64,000 nucleotides of DNA from Balanoglossus misakiensis (GCA_040954595.2 CM082598.2:9315097-9379096); one strand, 5' to 3'. Positions 1 through 13,371 are shown, numbered from the stretch's first letter. Numbers and translations are program-made. The notes: generated from the letters alone by a model not told the origin.

Positions 1-493
1 ATTTTACTTTACACAACGCGCCCGACTTAGACAGTATTGCTAGTGAGGATTTCTGGAACACTTTGAAAGTTGTGGCTATAGGCTAGTATACAGCCACTAC
101 CTAGGTTTCCACTACCAGAGGCTCTCCAGTTGCACAGTTGGGCATCATCAGCTCCCCCCCCCCTCTCTCTCTCTGTGCCACATTGTAATCTGGTGTTAAC
201 GGATTTACATACATTATTATCCTGTGGTGAATATTCCCCGGTTTCACTTTTGAAAGGAAGCCGATGATAATGAAGTCTTGGGACACGTGTCACGCGTAAA
301 AGTCCCCATGCAGGAAAACAGTCGGTGCAGGTGCTCGCGACCATTGTATGAGCCTGTCCAAAACGTCATTAAAAGTTTGTTCACTTCCTAACTGCTGACA
401 TGACTTGCTCCGAGAATTCCCGTCTCTTATATCATTGGACATTGCTATGTCAAAGAAATGTCAACATTTCGTGAACTTTGACAGGGGGAGAAC

Positions 494-1187
494 ACAAACA
501 CCTCTGGGGGGGGGGGAGAATTCAATTTTTTTACTGCTAATTTTCACATGCCCCCCGTACACAACCCGAAAAATTTTCAAATCCCCCCTTCCGAACTGCC
601 AAAATTTTGAAATCCCCCCCCCCCATTTTCTTTCACAGAGCAAAACACATCACCTATCTATCTTGTAAAAAAGAAAAACAGCGCTCCCATGAAAAGAATT
701 TGAAACTGATGTTTCCCCTCATTAGTGGGTATTAAAACTGAACATTGTTTTTATTTTTTGTTTAAGTATTTGTATTCTGTGTTAGGAGCTCAAAGCTGCA
801 TTTTAATAAACCTGGCAAAAACAAATTAACTCAACTACCGGTATGTTGAGGAGGACAAATTTAACCGTCGCCGCTCAAAGTTATCATGCGGTGGGGGCAA
901 GTCCCCTGACCTGGGACACTACATAAACCAGTCAATGATTGAAAGGTGTTGATGAACGGAGGGGGTGGGTGTGGGAGGGGGTGTCCCCCTTCCACATTAG
1001 AAAATTTTGTAAAATAAAAGGCGCGAAACTGCATTTTTGTGGACTCAAAATAAATTTTTAGTCGTCAAAGTTTTCAAGTCCCCCCTTTCAGTCCCTAAAT
1101 TATTTCAAATCCCCCCCTTACATACCCTCAATTTTTTTTTAAATCCCCCCCCCCCTCAATTCTCCCGCCCCCTCCAGAGGTGTTTGT
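494..1187 (+). mobile_element. MITE family A copy lacking the outer ~10 bp of both TIRs
   Basis: Body nearly identical to 2570-3380. Ends acaaacacctctgg...ccagaggtgtttgt without the ggctgcattc termini; one internal module is missing. Confidence 0.85.
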
Positions 1188-2569
1188 CCTTGGAGTGCCG
1201 ATAGGGAGTTTATTAATTTCGCCAAATCATCACATGTGGTCCATACAGTAAAACGGCCACCCCGAGTTGAAAGGATGGAGCGTGTAAATCACAGATCACT
1301 GACACCAAATGGTCGTTAAGTGGAGCTCAGGCTATATCTGTATTCAAGTTGGCCGAAATGCGCAGAACCGATGTCCGTGAATATCAACAAAAAGAACGTG
1401 GGTTACGATAAAGAAAATGACGTCACACTAATAAAGAGCGCACCAAACAATTGCACAGTTGCGTTCTTTTAATTTTATAGAGCTCACACAAACTAGGTTA
1501 CAGCGTGCGGTGGCAAAGCGTCGCGTATGTGATGTGAAGGTCATCCGCAAGGTCGTGTATATAACCACATCCGTATGGTAGTGTGTTACAGGAATGATCA
1601 TATCAGCCTACGACACTCCTTTGAAAATTGATATGAAAGATGGGGTAGTGTGCGTGACGTCATCAAATCATGTTGGTATCCTGGTGCATTGTGGTTCAAA
1701 AAAGTCTTCGATCGACACATAATCAATAACATTGACCACATTATGACTGTTCCATTGTGCAAAATCGATGCATGCATACTCGATATCATAATTCATGTAG
1801 TATGTCTGTTGTACTCTGATTAAGTTTATTCTTTCCATCGGATATTATCTATTTGCCTGTAATAAAACTGCGTCAAGATGTCACAAAGGGCATAGAGTGG
1901 GCCAAGGCCTTTTGACTTCATGTGATACATACATATTATATACGTTATACGTTACGACGTCCTCAACTCAATCCGTGGGAACTGCCAAAGAAGAATGTCA
2001 GGAATGGTATAGATGATACGTTTACAGATTTACTGTTTATTTCGTTTGTGCTCTAGTCTCTGTTGATTTATTATGGGCATAAACTTGACACCCCCTTGCC
2101 CATGTTGCCAAGTTGGTAGGTCGTTTTACCACTAGCTAAATCTCTGAGATTCAATCTCAAATAAATTACAAAAATGACCCATGGCAACATATAGCAGAGT
2201 ATAGATGTCATCAATGTTGTAATGATTTCATTTTGAAAGCCTCAAACATCACACTCGAGTCGATGATGCTGGTATACACGCACACACCAACCCTACTGAC
2301 CGTGGCTGGCTGCAACTGACAGATACCGGATACAACTTTTTTTTAAATCTGAAACCCAAAGGTTTACCAATATTTACACTTTTACCAAATTCAATGGTAA
2401 TTAGGGCGAGATTATTGATGAACAGAACGGTTACCACGGCAACCTGTCTTTGTGAAAGTTGAACTGTGAAATTTAACACTGTTATATATTCATTTTATTT
2501 AAAACCATGACGGGTTTCCGGCAATTTTAATCACAATGACACAAGAACTAGTATACGGTGACTTCGCTA

Positions 2570-3380
2570 GGCTGCATTCACAAACACCTCTGGAGGGGGG
2601 GGGGGGGGCGGGAGAATTTCAATTTTTTTTACCGCTAATTTTCACATGCCCCCCTTCCGAACTGCCAATATTTTCAAATCCCCCCCTTCCGAACTGCCAA
2701 AATTTTGAAATCCCCCCCCCCCATTTTCTTTCACAGAGCAAAACACATCACCTATCTATCTTGTAAAAAGAAAAACAGCGCTCCCATGAAAAGAATTTGA
2801 AACTGATGTTTCCCCTCATCAGTGGGTATTAAAACTGAACATTGTTTTTATTTTTTAAGTACATATATTTGTATTCTGTGTTTGGAGACTTTGTAAACCG
2901 AGAATTGAAGGGGGTGGGTTTGGGAGGGGGTGTCCCCCTCCCACGTAAGAAAATTTTCTAAAATACAGAGCTCAAAGCTGCATTTTAATGAACCCGGCAA
3001 AAGCAAATTAACTCAACTACAGGTATGTTGGGGAGGACAAATTTAACCGTCGGCGCTCAAAGTTATCATGGGGTGGGGCAAGTCCCCTGACCTGGGACAC
3101 TAGATAAACCAGTCAATGATTGAAAGGTGTTGATGAATGGAGGGGGTGGGTGTGGGAGGGGGTGTCCCCCTCCCACATGAGAAAATTTTGTAAAATAAAG
3201 GGCGCGAAACTGCATTTTTGTGGACTCAAAATAAATATTTAGTCGTTAAAGTTTTCAAGTCCCCCCCTTTCAGTCCCTAAATTATTTCAAATCCCCCCCT
3301 CACATACCCTCAATTTTTTCAAATCCCCCCCCTCAATTCTCCTGCCCCCCCCCCCTCCAGAGGTGTTTGTGAATGCAGCC
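2570..3380 (+). mobile_element. PIF/Harbinger-like MITE, family A, complete
   Basis: TIR ggctgcattcacaaacacctctggaggggg / ccccctccagaggtgtttgtgaatgcagcc. 3-bp TSD cta (2567-2569, 3381-3383). Confidence 0.88.
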
Positions 3381-3764
3381 CTAAAACATAACATTCTTCG
3401 TGACCACATGTCAAAGTTTTAATACCTAGTAAAACCATGTTAATTTGGTCATTTCAACATTAATTACTACAATACGCGATGGCATAAAAAACAAATTATA
3501 TGGTACAGGCCTAGTTATGGCGGAAACGGCTGTTACTCTTTTAGGAAAACCAGTTCTCTACTAGAACACCGTGACTTTACCGACTCTTTCCTGGCTCTGT
3601 AACCACTGAGCTGAGACATGTACAATATATAAAATCATTATACATAGATTTTAAATATATACTCTAATGGTGGAAAGGTCATGGAAAGGTCCTGTCCCCA
3701 TGACCTTTGTGTGACCTATGTCCATTTCTATGAAGTCTCCATTTTGAAGTAAAGTTTTAAAATA

Positions 3765-4157
3765 CAGTCAAACCTGTGTTAGTGGCCACCTCTATACATA
3801 GTGGCCGCTTTGTCACAGTCCCTGTGCAATCGGCGCATGTGCATTAATTGACCTGTGTATAAAGGCCACCGGTCTATAAATGACAGTTTAGGGACCGTTC
3901 AGTTTTTACGGCTTGGGGGCCCGGCAAAATCCAGGAGGGTCACTTAAATTTTGAAGTCCAAAAGGGGGGGGGGGTCATCTTTTTTTAAAACGTTTAAGGG
4001 GGGGGGCACATACTTTTGCCACCGAACTTTTGCTTTTGAGTCCACAAAATGTGGAAAAGTGTCGAGATATTTGCCCAAAGCATACAGTTTCTTATTAGAT
4101 GATAGCCTTTGACTACGGGTCTCTATGACCGACAGGTGAGTCTTGTTTACTTGACTG
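3765..4157. mobile_element. Tc1/pogo-like MITE interrupted by a family-B fragment (~3891-4035)
   Basis: TA|cagtcaa...ttgactg|TA termini. The internal gggaccgttcagtttttacggc matches the family B TIR. Confidence 0.65.
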
Positions 4158-4712
4158 TATCCATAGCGACTCCAAAGACAGACCACTCTTGACCAGTGTC
4201 ATTAAAACAACCAGATGACAACCAAAATGACCTTGCGTCAAAATGGATAGGACAGAGGTATCTTTTGATGAATTGTTAACAGATTTGCAATCAAATGTCA
4301 ACAAAAATGTAAGATTTCGCGACAAAAGTTCAAATCAAAGGTCATCATTCGGAAACGTTCAATTGACTGCGTGGTTACGAGTATGGCCACATGGAATGTT
4401 GCCATGACAACCATTCCTGCCCGCGGCTTATAACGCTAAGTTTTACAGACTTGTTCCGCAAATGTCAACTGCTTGCGAAGGGTAAGTCATGAATGTTGAC
4501 CGAAGCATTGATTGAAATACATGTATGTGAAAATGGAAGAAAGTTGGTGGGAAATGCTGCCACCTGCCCGGATCCGGAAAACACTACTTGAGATCGACCA
4601 ATAATACGACTACAGGCCCATGTACTTATCGTTTGAACTCAATTTCTTGCAAAATTTGTTGATTCAGCGACTAGCCCAAACCCATCAACGCGACTGCAAG
4701 TATGTAAGGACA

Positions 4713-5108
4713 TAGTCTCGGTTACCCAGACGCCTTTGCTTCTTCCGATGCTCTCCAGAAAAGGGTCTGGGGAAATGCTATTGAAAGCTTTGTAAAACAA
4801 AATGGCCGATGTTTCGACAATCGTCTACCAAAGATATTTCATATAATTTCTCCAACAATGCTAACAGAGGACGCCTTTTGCCTTTCGCATCAACCAACAA
4901 GTACCGGTCTCTTGATATGAAGAGACGACAAATAATCACACATTGTCGTGAGTCAGTGACCCGGGTCATACTGACAGCTCAGCCAATCAGGCGATGATCA
5001 AAATCCTGACATCGGCCATTTTGTTTTACAAAGCTTTCAATAGCATTTCCCCAGACCCTTTTCTGGAGAGCATCGGAAGAAGCAAAGGCGTCTGGGTAAC
5101 CGAGACTA
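4713..5108. mobile_element. Palindromic MITE with long TIRs and 9-bp TSD (AcademH-like; MuDR alternative)
   Basis: About 95-bp near-perfect TIR starting tagtctcggttacccagacgcc. TSD gtaaggaca at 4704-4712 and 5109-5117. Confidence 0.85.
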
Positions 5109-5475
5109 GTAAGGACACTGAACGTGTTCATGTTTTATCGACTGTTAGAGCCATGGGGGTAGCATATTGCTAAACACAGATGGAAGCCACAGGCCCGTGA
5201 TCGAAGTTTTTCTATCTTTGTCGTGTTTTCCGCAAATTGGTAAACGTATCAGTTGAAATCGAATGGGCAACTACGTATTAGCACATTCCAAATGAGCTTG
5301 GTTATTTTCTCAAAGCAGACTGTGTATGCATGACTACATTTGTACACACAGGATCGTCTCCAATTACTGTTATTTTCAACAAGATAAACTTTCTGTTGTA
5401 CGTCTACTAATGTCGTGGCCGTTGCTTTTTATTAATATTTTATATATGGGTAAGCTTAGGCCTAGGCCTGGATAA

Positions 5476-7144
5476 GGGACCGTTCAGTTTTTACGGCCGG
5501 GGGGCGGCAAAATCCAGGGGGGGGGGGGTCACTTAAATTTTGAAGTCCAAAAGGGGGGGTCATCTGTTTTTAGGGGGGGTCACATACTCCCCCTCCCACA
5601 CCCACCCCCTTCTTTCTCCGCCACATTTCATTGTTTGCTGGCTTGTCTAGTGTACCAGGGCAGAGTGCTTGCCACCCCAACCACCAACGATGATAATATT
5701 TAACAAAGTAAATACATAAAGGAGAAAAATCGTTTAAACCATTTCGCATAACTGATAGTTTCGCGCTGCATCTTCTATATACTAGAAGTTTTATAAATGA
5801 TGTCATGACGAAGATGACGCCAAATCTTCTAACTTTGAGTGGAGTGGCAAAAAGTAAAATTGGTCCTCCCAAACATTGAGATAATTTGCTTTTGAGTTCA
5901 TTAAAATGCAACTTTGAGCTACATATTTTACAAAATTTTCTTAGGTGGGAGGGGGACACTCCCGCCCACACCCACCCCCTCCATTCTTCGCCACATATCA
6001 TTTATTCGCTGATTTGTCTAGTGTACCAGGGCAGACTTCTTGCCACCCCAACCCAATGCCTACTTTGAGTGGAGTGGCAAAATTAAAATTTTTCCTCCCT
6101 AACATTGAGTTAATTTGCTCCAGAGTTCATTAAAATGCAACTTTGAGCACCGTATTTTACAAAATTTTCTTGCCCACCCCCGCCACTTTTCTTGTTTTAC
6201 CAATTCCAGCAACTATTCCATTGACTTGTCATTTCATTTTGTTCATAGATTTCTTTTTTGCAACGATATACTGTTATATACTTCAATTACTTTAAAGCCA
6301 CAGTATTTCTCGTAGGGGCAAAATTTTGTTTGAAACGGCATCTATAATTTCTAAAAGTAGATGATAATTGATACTGAATCGAACAGTCATCATCCCCAGC
6401 TCTGCTGATAAACTCATACAATTTACAATATAACGAGTGAAGAATGACTTTCTGTCCGGACAGAAAGTCACGTGAGTCACAGCTCCTGTTGACGCACGTG
6501 ACTAGTGCGCATGCGCACTCAAATGTGAATCTATGCGGAAGAGGTTTGGTCGCCCCAAATCAAGCGACTCAGCGAAGAAATGCGCACTAATTCGGCGAAA
6601 TTTTGGGAAGATAACTTTATGGGAGAAATCAGTCGATGGAACCAGATCAAATACGAAAATGGTCTGACCATCAAAATGTCAAAGTGGCACGTTTGCTGAT
6701 CGACATGTACAACATTTCCGTTGTAAACAAACCCGCGCATCATTTCAAGTGTTACGGGCGATATTTTCGGCTTGCATGTAGCTACAATTGCCCAAACCTT
6801 TCTTACATCTTCATTATATAGTATTCCATGATGGATGTACTGGAAAAACGGGCTTTTTTCGATGATGAAAAATGGATGCACACGAGAAATACTGGGGCTT
6901 TAAGAAATTTATAATTGAGGTGTGAGGAGCCTGATTCCCTTTATTGCATACAGTGTACATATAGGATCAGGACGGCGAATGTTTTGGGCGTGGGGGGGGG
7001 GGGGGGTCATCATATTTTTGGGTCTGTCAAAGGGGGGGGGGGTCATCATTTTTTGGTCCTGGGTGAAGGGGGGGTCGGCCTGATTTTGAAAACCCATGAC
7101 ACAAACTTGCCGCCCCCCCCCTGCCGTAAAAACTGAACGGTCCC
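5476..7144 (+). mobile_element. PIF/Harbinger-like MITE, family B, complete, with nested insertion
   Basis: TIR gggaccgttcagtttttacggc / gccgtaaaaactgaacggtccc; TSD taa. Body matches 38009-38942 in reverse. Confidence 0.88.
6296..6899. mobile_element. Kolobok-like non-autonomous element nested in family B
   Basis: TTAA|agccacagtatttctcgt...acgagaaatactggggct|TTAA. Absent from the homologous position in the 38009-38942 copy. Confidence 0.82.
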
Positions 7145-7269
7145 TAAAGTAAAACTTTGCCAAAACTTTCGTAAGTTATGTTTTATAATTATACACAGTG
7201 AAGCTGTTTAGGATCCTAATGAAGACAACGTGCAACGTGAGGGCACCATTCACCTTTGCAAACCCCATT

Positions 7270-7690
7270 TAATTCTCGTTATTTCTAAAATTCGAACGCC
7301 CGACAAGTTTCCTTGAGACAGTTCTCTCGGCCCCAGAGACGAACTCGACGACTGAACACTTTTTTCCTAGGAAGCTAGGGAGCCCGTCGCATGTACTTGT
7401 TTACAGTCTAGAGAGACGAACACAGTTGTGCTGAGCGACGGTTTTCGAATTTTCGTGAACTGTAACGTGGCTTTTGGAGGATTTTATTGTGAGATGTTGC
7501 AGATAACTTCTTTGTCAGATGAACTTCGTGTTACTGTAGCTCGATCAACGGTCATGATCTTCTTGAAACCAGTTTTCCTGACGCTGTATATTACATACAG
7601 TGCGGGCACCTGCATCAAGTCGACCCGCCCACCCACCAGTCACCTTCTGTCTGTGTTAGAGAAACGGATCAATTTGTGCAAGGTACGTTT
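7270..7690 (+). promoter_or_regulatory. Possible promoter / first non-coding exon
   Basis: CpG-richer sequence, unique in the window, ending in a donor-like caag|gtacgt at ~7682. No downstream coding exons identified. Confidence 0.25.
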
Positions 7691-8824
7691 TCAGTACATT
7701 CCCTTGTGTCGGATCGGACTGTCTGTGAGTATCTTTAGAGATAGCATAGATCAGAAGTGCCATTTTCATGGGCCATCTTTTTTACAACCAGGGTTCTATC
7801 GGAAGTGCCACAGGCCATGTATGGGATCATGTCATTATATTGTAGCTTGTTTACAGAGCTGTGATTAAAAAACCGGGTCAGCCAGCGGAAGTACTTGAGC
7901 AGCTAAAGACAGGTAAAGGTCGGGGTAAATACTGTTGCACAATAGACCATGGTAGCACAAACTTCTACAAATAACTAAACTTAGGTTTCATGTATTTCGT
8001 ATGCACTGAAAACAGGTCTGTGTCAGCAACATATCGCACTAAGGTAACCATGGACGCCCACTGATGTAAATTATGTTGTGCTTCAAACCATTTGAAATTT
8101 AGAGGATAAAATCCAAAATGAATATGATGATAGAATCTAAATTTTATTGAAATCTCTGCTCAGGTATAATCTCACAGGAGGACTAGCAATACCTGTCATG
8201 GCAAATTTTCAATTTGGCGGGCACCAGTTACAGGATTGTTTGGTTGAACAAGTCTGGGAGCATCAATTGTCATGTTAATATTAATTTGCATATTACTGTT
8301 TGTGATCTGAAACTGCAAGGTCAACAGTAAACCATCAATCATCCACTAGCACGGGTCGTTGGCTCGACCACAATTTCTTCAGAACCTAGTTCAAAGCTAG
8401 AGTTTATTCGTAATTGTATACTGGGTCTCAGCTAGGCTTTTTGATAAGAAAAAAATACTCTAATAGTAATACAAATAATACGAAAAATACTCTTATAAGA
8501 AAAAAATGTTCTCGTGTAACTGTAAGGATTCTAACTTTGTTGAACAATGAAAATGTACTTTCCTTGGCTCATGAGATCTCGTATCTGCTTTAAGTTTTCA
8601 TCAGGTGAAGAAATTTTGGATAACATAATCTTTGAATGTAGGCTATCATCTATCCATTGTTTTGAACAACATTTACAATTTTTTTAGTTCTTTCAATAAT
8701 ATGTTCTCTACCTTTAATAACATAACTCCAAAATACTATCGGAAGAGCATCCCATAGAGGCAACCTGTCTGGATCCAATTAAATTATAGCCCTGTGTCTC
8801 AGCAGCGGTTCAGAACCAAATTGT

Positions 8825-9300
8825 CACACCAAGGGCATATACTACCGATTTCAAAATACCTTGGAAATTCTTTGTGTTCGAGTGTTACAATAAACGTCTC
8901 CCATGATAAGAAAAAACGTCTAAGTTCATGAAACTGAATACCGCACTTTGTTTATTTTGCAACAAAGTTACCGTTTCAAACGTTCGTAATCCCACTGTGA
9001 GATTGTCTGTAGTCTACTCTGAACCTTGTATGAGGATGTTTTGCACTGACAACCAAGGAAACTTCCTAATGATGAAGAGCAATATATCGAGTATTTAAAA
9101 CGCCAAACTCCTTCGATTTCATACGAAGAAATTCAACAAAAATTGGCGGAATTTCCGCAAGCAGACGTGTCTATACCCACCGTCTGTCAAACCGTCAGAA
9201 ATCGTTTGTCCGACAAAACGTGGACTTGGAAAAAAAATGGCGTGTTGCAAACGACGAGAGTTGTTTAGCGTGTCGAATGCTGCTCTACGAAGCTCGTAGT
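8825..9300 (+). pseudogene. Degenerate IS630/Tc1-type transposase N-terminal HTH fragment
   Basis: Frame from 9053 reads PRKLPNDEEQYIEYLKRQTPSISYEEIQQKLAEFPQADVSIPTVCQTVRNRLSDKTWTWKK, like the second HTH and linker of IS630/Tc1 transposases. No start codon; no DDE domain follows. Confidence 0.6.
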
Positions 9301-10926
9301 TACCTTCTGACCGGGACATTTACGCTTGAACGGACTGTGTTCCCCCACTTCAGGTTAATGGAAAAAGGGCAGCGAGAGAGAGACTTTGACCCATTAACTT
9401 TCATTTTTACCCATTAAATTTGCCAGGTAATTCCTGAGTGTCATGACTGTCTTATGAAGTTGTGCAAAGACTTGGTCGTCTTTCACTGAGAGTTTTTTTA
9501 ATTCAAAATGTTCTGTGCAACTAATGCACAAATAAAACTGAAGTGAGAAAACCGTTCACTATGTACAAATTGTATTCAAACTTGAAACTTCACAAACTTG
9601 AATGTGTATTGAGATCTCCCTACAGACTCACCACGTGTGTCATTGAATTAAGGTGTACAAGTACAAATCCCTAAGAAGTCTGTTGTAGATAATAACAGAA
9701 AGATTAAAAGTAGGGCCTGTTCCTGAAAAGCTGGAAGTAATTGAATAAAGGTATTCAAATTCCAATACAAAGAGACCACGGTGTCTGATGGAAGAATTAG
9801 CATCTTGACTAAATCCGCCAGGCTGACAAAAAACCATAGCAATGCTTGACTAAGTCTTCTTAGTAACAGAGCAGTAATGACCCAGGTTTAGTGAGCTTTG
9901 ATTGGTCAATGCATCTGCTAAGCAATTTGCATTGTCTCTTAATGGAGTGACCATGCTAACCCCATGCTGTATAGGTATTCAAAAGGCTGTTTTCTTTGCA
10001 GGCAGCCCGGCCAGATTTCTTTACAGATCCTCTAAGGAGGGTTCTTCCTGGGTATTAGCATATGAACAATAAGTGTGTACATAAGGACCCATTCTATCGT
10101 GTGCCAGATTCAATAGGTTGTATAGACCAGCCACACGACAGGTGGTTGCGGCGACACACATGACTTGGCAAATGTATGCACCAATCCGTAGTGTATAGAC
10201 ATTCGCCTGGGTATCTTGAGAGACCTGGCTACCGGTAATTGTGGTTGTTATGATCATATAAAACTGGTACAGATTGACAATACAAAGGGTAAGTTTGAGC
10301 ATTGAGATAAAAATAGTGGACAATGACTAGGATTTTAATTCCACAACCTACTCTCATGGATTTATGCTTATCTTATGTTAATAGAGACTTTTATCATGTT
10401 TGTATGCAGGCATGGTGTTATCTGGAGGTATGGCACACGAGGGCAGGTGTGTTTGCAGGGGGTCCTCATTCATTACACTTCTTAATGGCACGTGCCAGAC
10501 TATTTATTCAAAACAAATTCCGGTACAATTATCTTCTATCATGAATAGCCTACAAACCCCGGCCAAATTCCTTTACATTATTAGCTGTAAATACATGCAA
10601 GACTTTTGAAATGCTTTGACAGACAAAAGCATGGTAATTTCCCGCCACGTGGCCCTTTGTAGTGTGGCACGATCTCTTTCTATAAGACCCTAATGGTTGT
10701 TATACACCCCCGTGGCAAAGCCAAGTTTTAATTGTGGTGAACAACGGTATCCAAGCAAACCAGCAGCTGCTAACACACTGGGCACACCATTCAGGCATTA
10801 CAGAAGGTTCCATTTATCACAGGGGTGTTATGGCTGTTTCTATACAAATTGGTTTACTGAATGCTTGTAAAAAATAGTGGACAGCTTGTGATACATACCA
10901 TGGTCAGATCAGTTCAATCTCACTTG

Positions 10927-11210
10927 AAAGGAACAAAGTCTCTCTCTCTCGCTGCCCCTTTTCCATTAATTATGTTTGATACAAGATAACAGTTATGTTA
11001 TTCTTCATGTAGATATATAGTGAATCAACGTTCAACTAAGCACACCTTTCATCCCACTTGTAGACACAAGGGTGAAAAACTCGCCAAAATGAATAATTGG
11101 TCTCTACTGTTTATTCATTTTGGCAAGATTTTTACTCTCATATACTACAAACGGGATGGAAGTTGTGTGTGGTCGAACATTGATTCACTATATATCCACA
11201 ACATGTAGAA
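10927..11210 (+). mobile_element. Kolobok-like palindromic MITE family C, partial
   Basis: Matches the agggacaaagtctctctctcgctgccc...gatacaagac family seen about ten times in the window. Confidence 0.8.
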
Positions 11211-11587
11211 TAATTGTCCCTCTAAATCCTGCCACATAGTACCAGTATTTCCAAGGTCAGCTTTCATAAGAACTACTATCAGTGCCACCTTTTCTATGCA
11301 TTTCTTCCATAACAATAAATTTAAGCGAAGAAACTGTTCCAAAAGGAAAATCATGTAAGTGTGCATCAGCAAAAAAACAATCTCAACTGTTTGCATTACA
11401 CTTCGAAGTTCTATGTACCAATTCAAAGCCTCTTAAGCTGCAAAATTTTACAATTTTTTTCCCACAGTAAAATACTTCAAATATATTCCCTATCCTATAA
11501 AATCCTCACCATTTAGCCATGTTACTTGCATTTGCATCAGTTTATCATCTCTTGGTGACACATACCACGATAGCTGCGTACTAATGC

Positions 11588-11753
11588 CACACACCCCTAA
11601 TTCAGTGTGCCCTCTAGATTAATTTTACACACCCCTAAAAAGTGTGCCTTCTCAGATAATTCTGACACACCACTTTTAAAGTCATTGTGTCCTCTCAATC
11701 AATATTACTCACCCCTAATGAAGTGTGCCCTCTAAGCCAGAACAGAACACACC
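11588..11753. repeat. Degenerate ~38-42-bp minisatellite, about 4 units
   Basis: Recurrent acacacccctaa..agtgtgccctct core. Confidence 0.7.
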
Positions 11754-11800
11754 AATCAGACAAAACAACAAAATACTCAATCACAACATTTGGTACCTGG

Positions 11801-12060
11801 ATTTCTCACACTCCTAGCCGCTAAGAGTGTGGGATCGAGAGCATGGGATAAATCGATCCCACACTCTCGCAGAATTGAAAGCTCTATGTGATGCGAGCGC
11901 AGATTGGATAACAAAACATTTTGTAATAACACGCGCTAAACGTTACCCAACTCGTCAGGGATATTTTGTCCCACACTCGCCTGCGGCTCGTGTGGGACGA
12001 AAAATCCTCCCCAATTTGTATGAGAAATAGGATTCCAGGTCCTTGGGAGGGTGAGAATTT
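11801..12060 (+). mobile_element. Hairpin-type element (ttctcacac family), partial
   Basis: Reverse-complement similarity to 36360-36775; internal palindromes. Confidence 0.65.
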
Positions 12061-12569
12061 ATTAGTATCAGTCATTCAAGTATGCAAATGAGTTTGAAAA
12101 AAGTGGACAAAATTTGAAGAATACAGGTCAGAATACTTTTAAAAATAAAATTTTATGTTCTGTTTTTTTCAAAATCTCTGAAACGTTTTACCATGGACAG
12201 AAGAATTTAGTTTGAAGCAATGCACTTGTGTTCTTGATTTGTTTACAACATGTCAAACTTAGAAATATTGTATTTTTGTGACATATAAAAGAAATATTCT
12301 AAGAAACTGCTATAGTCCAAATGCAAAAAGTTGCAACTCTAGAGGCTTCAATGATTGATATGCATGAGGCCTTCCCTTTCAATAATCCTACATGTATATT
12401 GCCCTGAGCAAAGTCTACTTCCTCTGTCCTGTACTACTAGGTCTTTATGTGGTTAGTCTCCTTTGAGTCTTCTTTTGTCAGGTTGAGTGCTGGATGTAGT
12501 GCAGCCTTGAGACTGCTGATTACTATGTAGATCTCCAATTCTTGTATTACATTGCATTACCAGGATGTA

Positions 12570-12945
12570 CTATAAAACGGGTTATTTTCGCGAGCAATAA
12601 TTTTTCGCAAAATATGCTAGAGCCAATAAAACACAAAAATAAAAAGTCACGTGAATATAGTCAAACACACTCGCAACAAAATGTTTTCAATTTGAAAGTG
12701 CAGGTAATTTATTAAATTTTTTTACAGTTTCATGATTTTGCTACACATTGTGCAATTTGTTTGAACATCATGGTTTGTGCCCAAGAATCTTGCTACAAAT
12801 GTGACTAATAAGTTTACAATAGGATGTATTTGGGGATAACGATGCCGTTACTGAAATACGTGAACGCTAAAATTAATCCTCGCGTAACAGTTGCCTCTTC
12901 TGATATCACAAAAGTTTCCTGTCGCGAAAATAACCCGTTTTACAG
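12570..12945. mobile_element. Tc1/mariner-like MITE
   Basis: TA|ctataaaacgggttattttcgcga...tcgcgaaaataacccgttttacag|TA. Partial relative at ~53680-53860. Confidence 0.8.
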
Positions 12946-13371
12946 TAGTTGAGTTCCACTGCAAAGTACTCTGTGTTTGTTCTGATAGCTTTCACATTCT
13001 AAGGTCATCCCCACAAACAGCACTTCCCTTGGGAAAACACGATTGTCATCTCTTCTCAGTTACCTGTTCCAATTTATACAAAATGTACACCATGTGACCA
13101 AGTATCAATAATTGGGATTCCGTCTTATTAAACAATGCAGTGACCTTGCACACATGCTGGTTGGGTGGCCTTGTGGCCATATACAACATTACAACCAGTT
13201 GCAAACCTAGCCACGTTGGGACTTAATTTTATATCTGGATTGCATGCAATTTGTCTTGAAACATGCAAGAAAGATTGATGAGCTGTAGATATAGAAATGA
13301 TAGTGCAGAGACATGTGTTTGTTCTATAGCAATGGATAATTGTGTTTTGTGAAGACACAGAGGAACAGGAA

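Larger units (their letters stand above)
11427..12348 (+). mobile_element. Older Kolobok-like family D copy carrying insertions
   Basis: 11470-11582 matches 22417-22522. Degenerate ends agcctcttaagctgca...tgcaactctagaggct. Confidence 0.6.

Noticed and set aside
2536-2766. Recurrent 'PLIFTCPP...NCQNFEIPPP' ORFs (also at 405 and 18687) looking like a gene family
   Set aside because: They are chance frames across MITE family A; the frames differ between copies through homopolymer length changes.
7428-7868. 146-aa plus-strand ORF
   Set aside because: Non-ATG start, no motif, and it reads through a likely splice donor.
10113-10124. taggttgtatag matches part of let-7
   Set aside because: Only 12 nt match, the seed is absent and no precursor hairpin is evident.
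11588-11753. CRISPR-like repeat-spacer appearance
   Set aside because: The repeats are degenerate, the linkers are too short and there are no cas genes.
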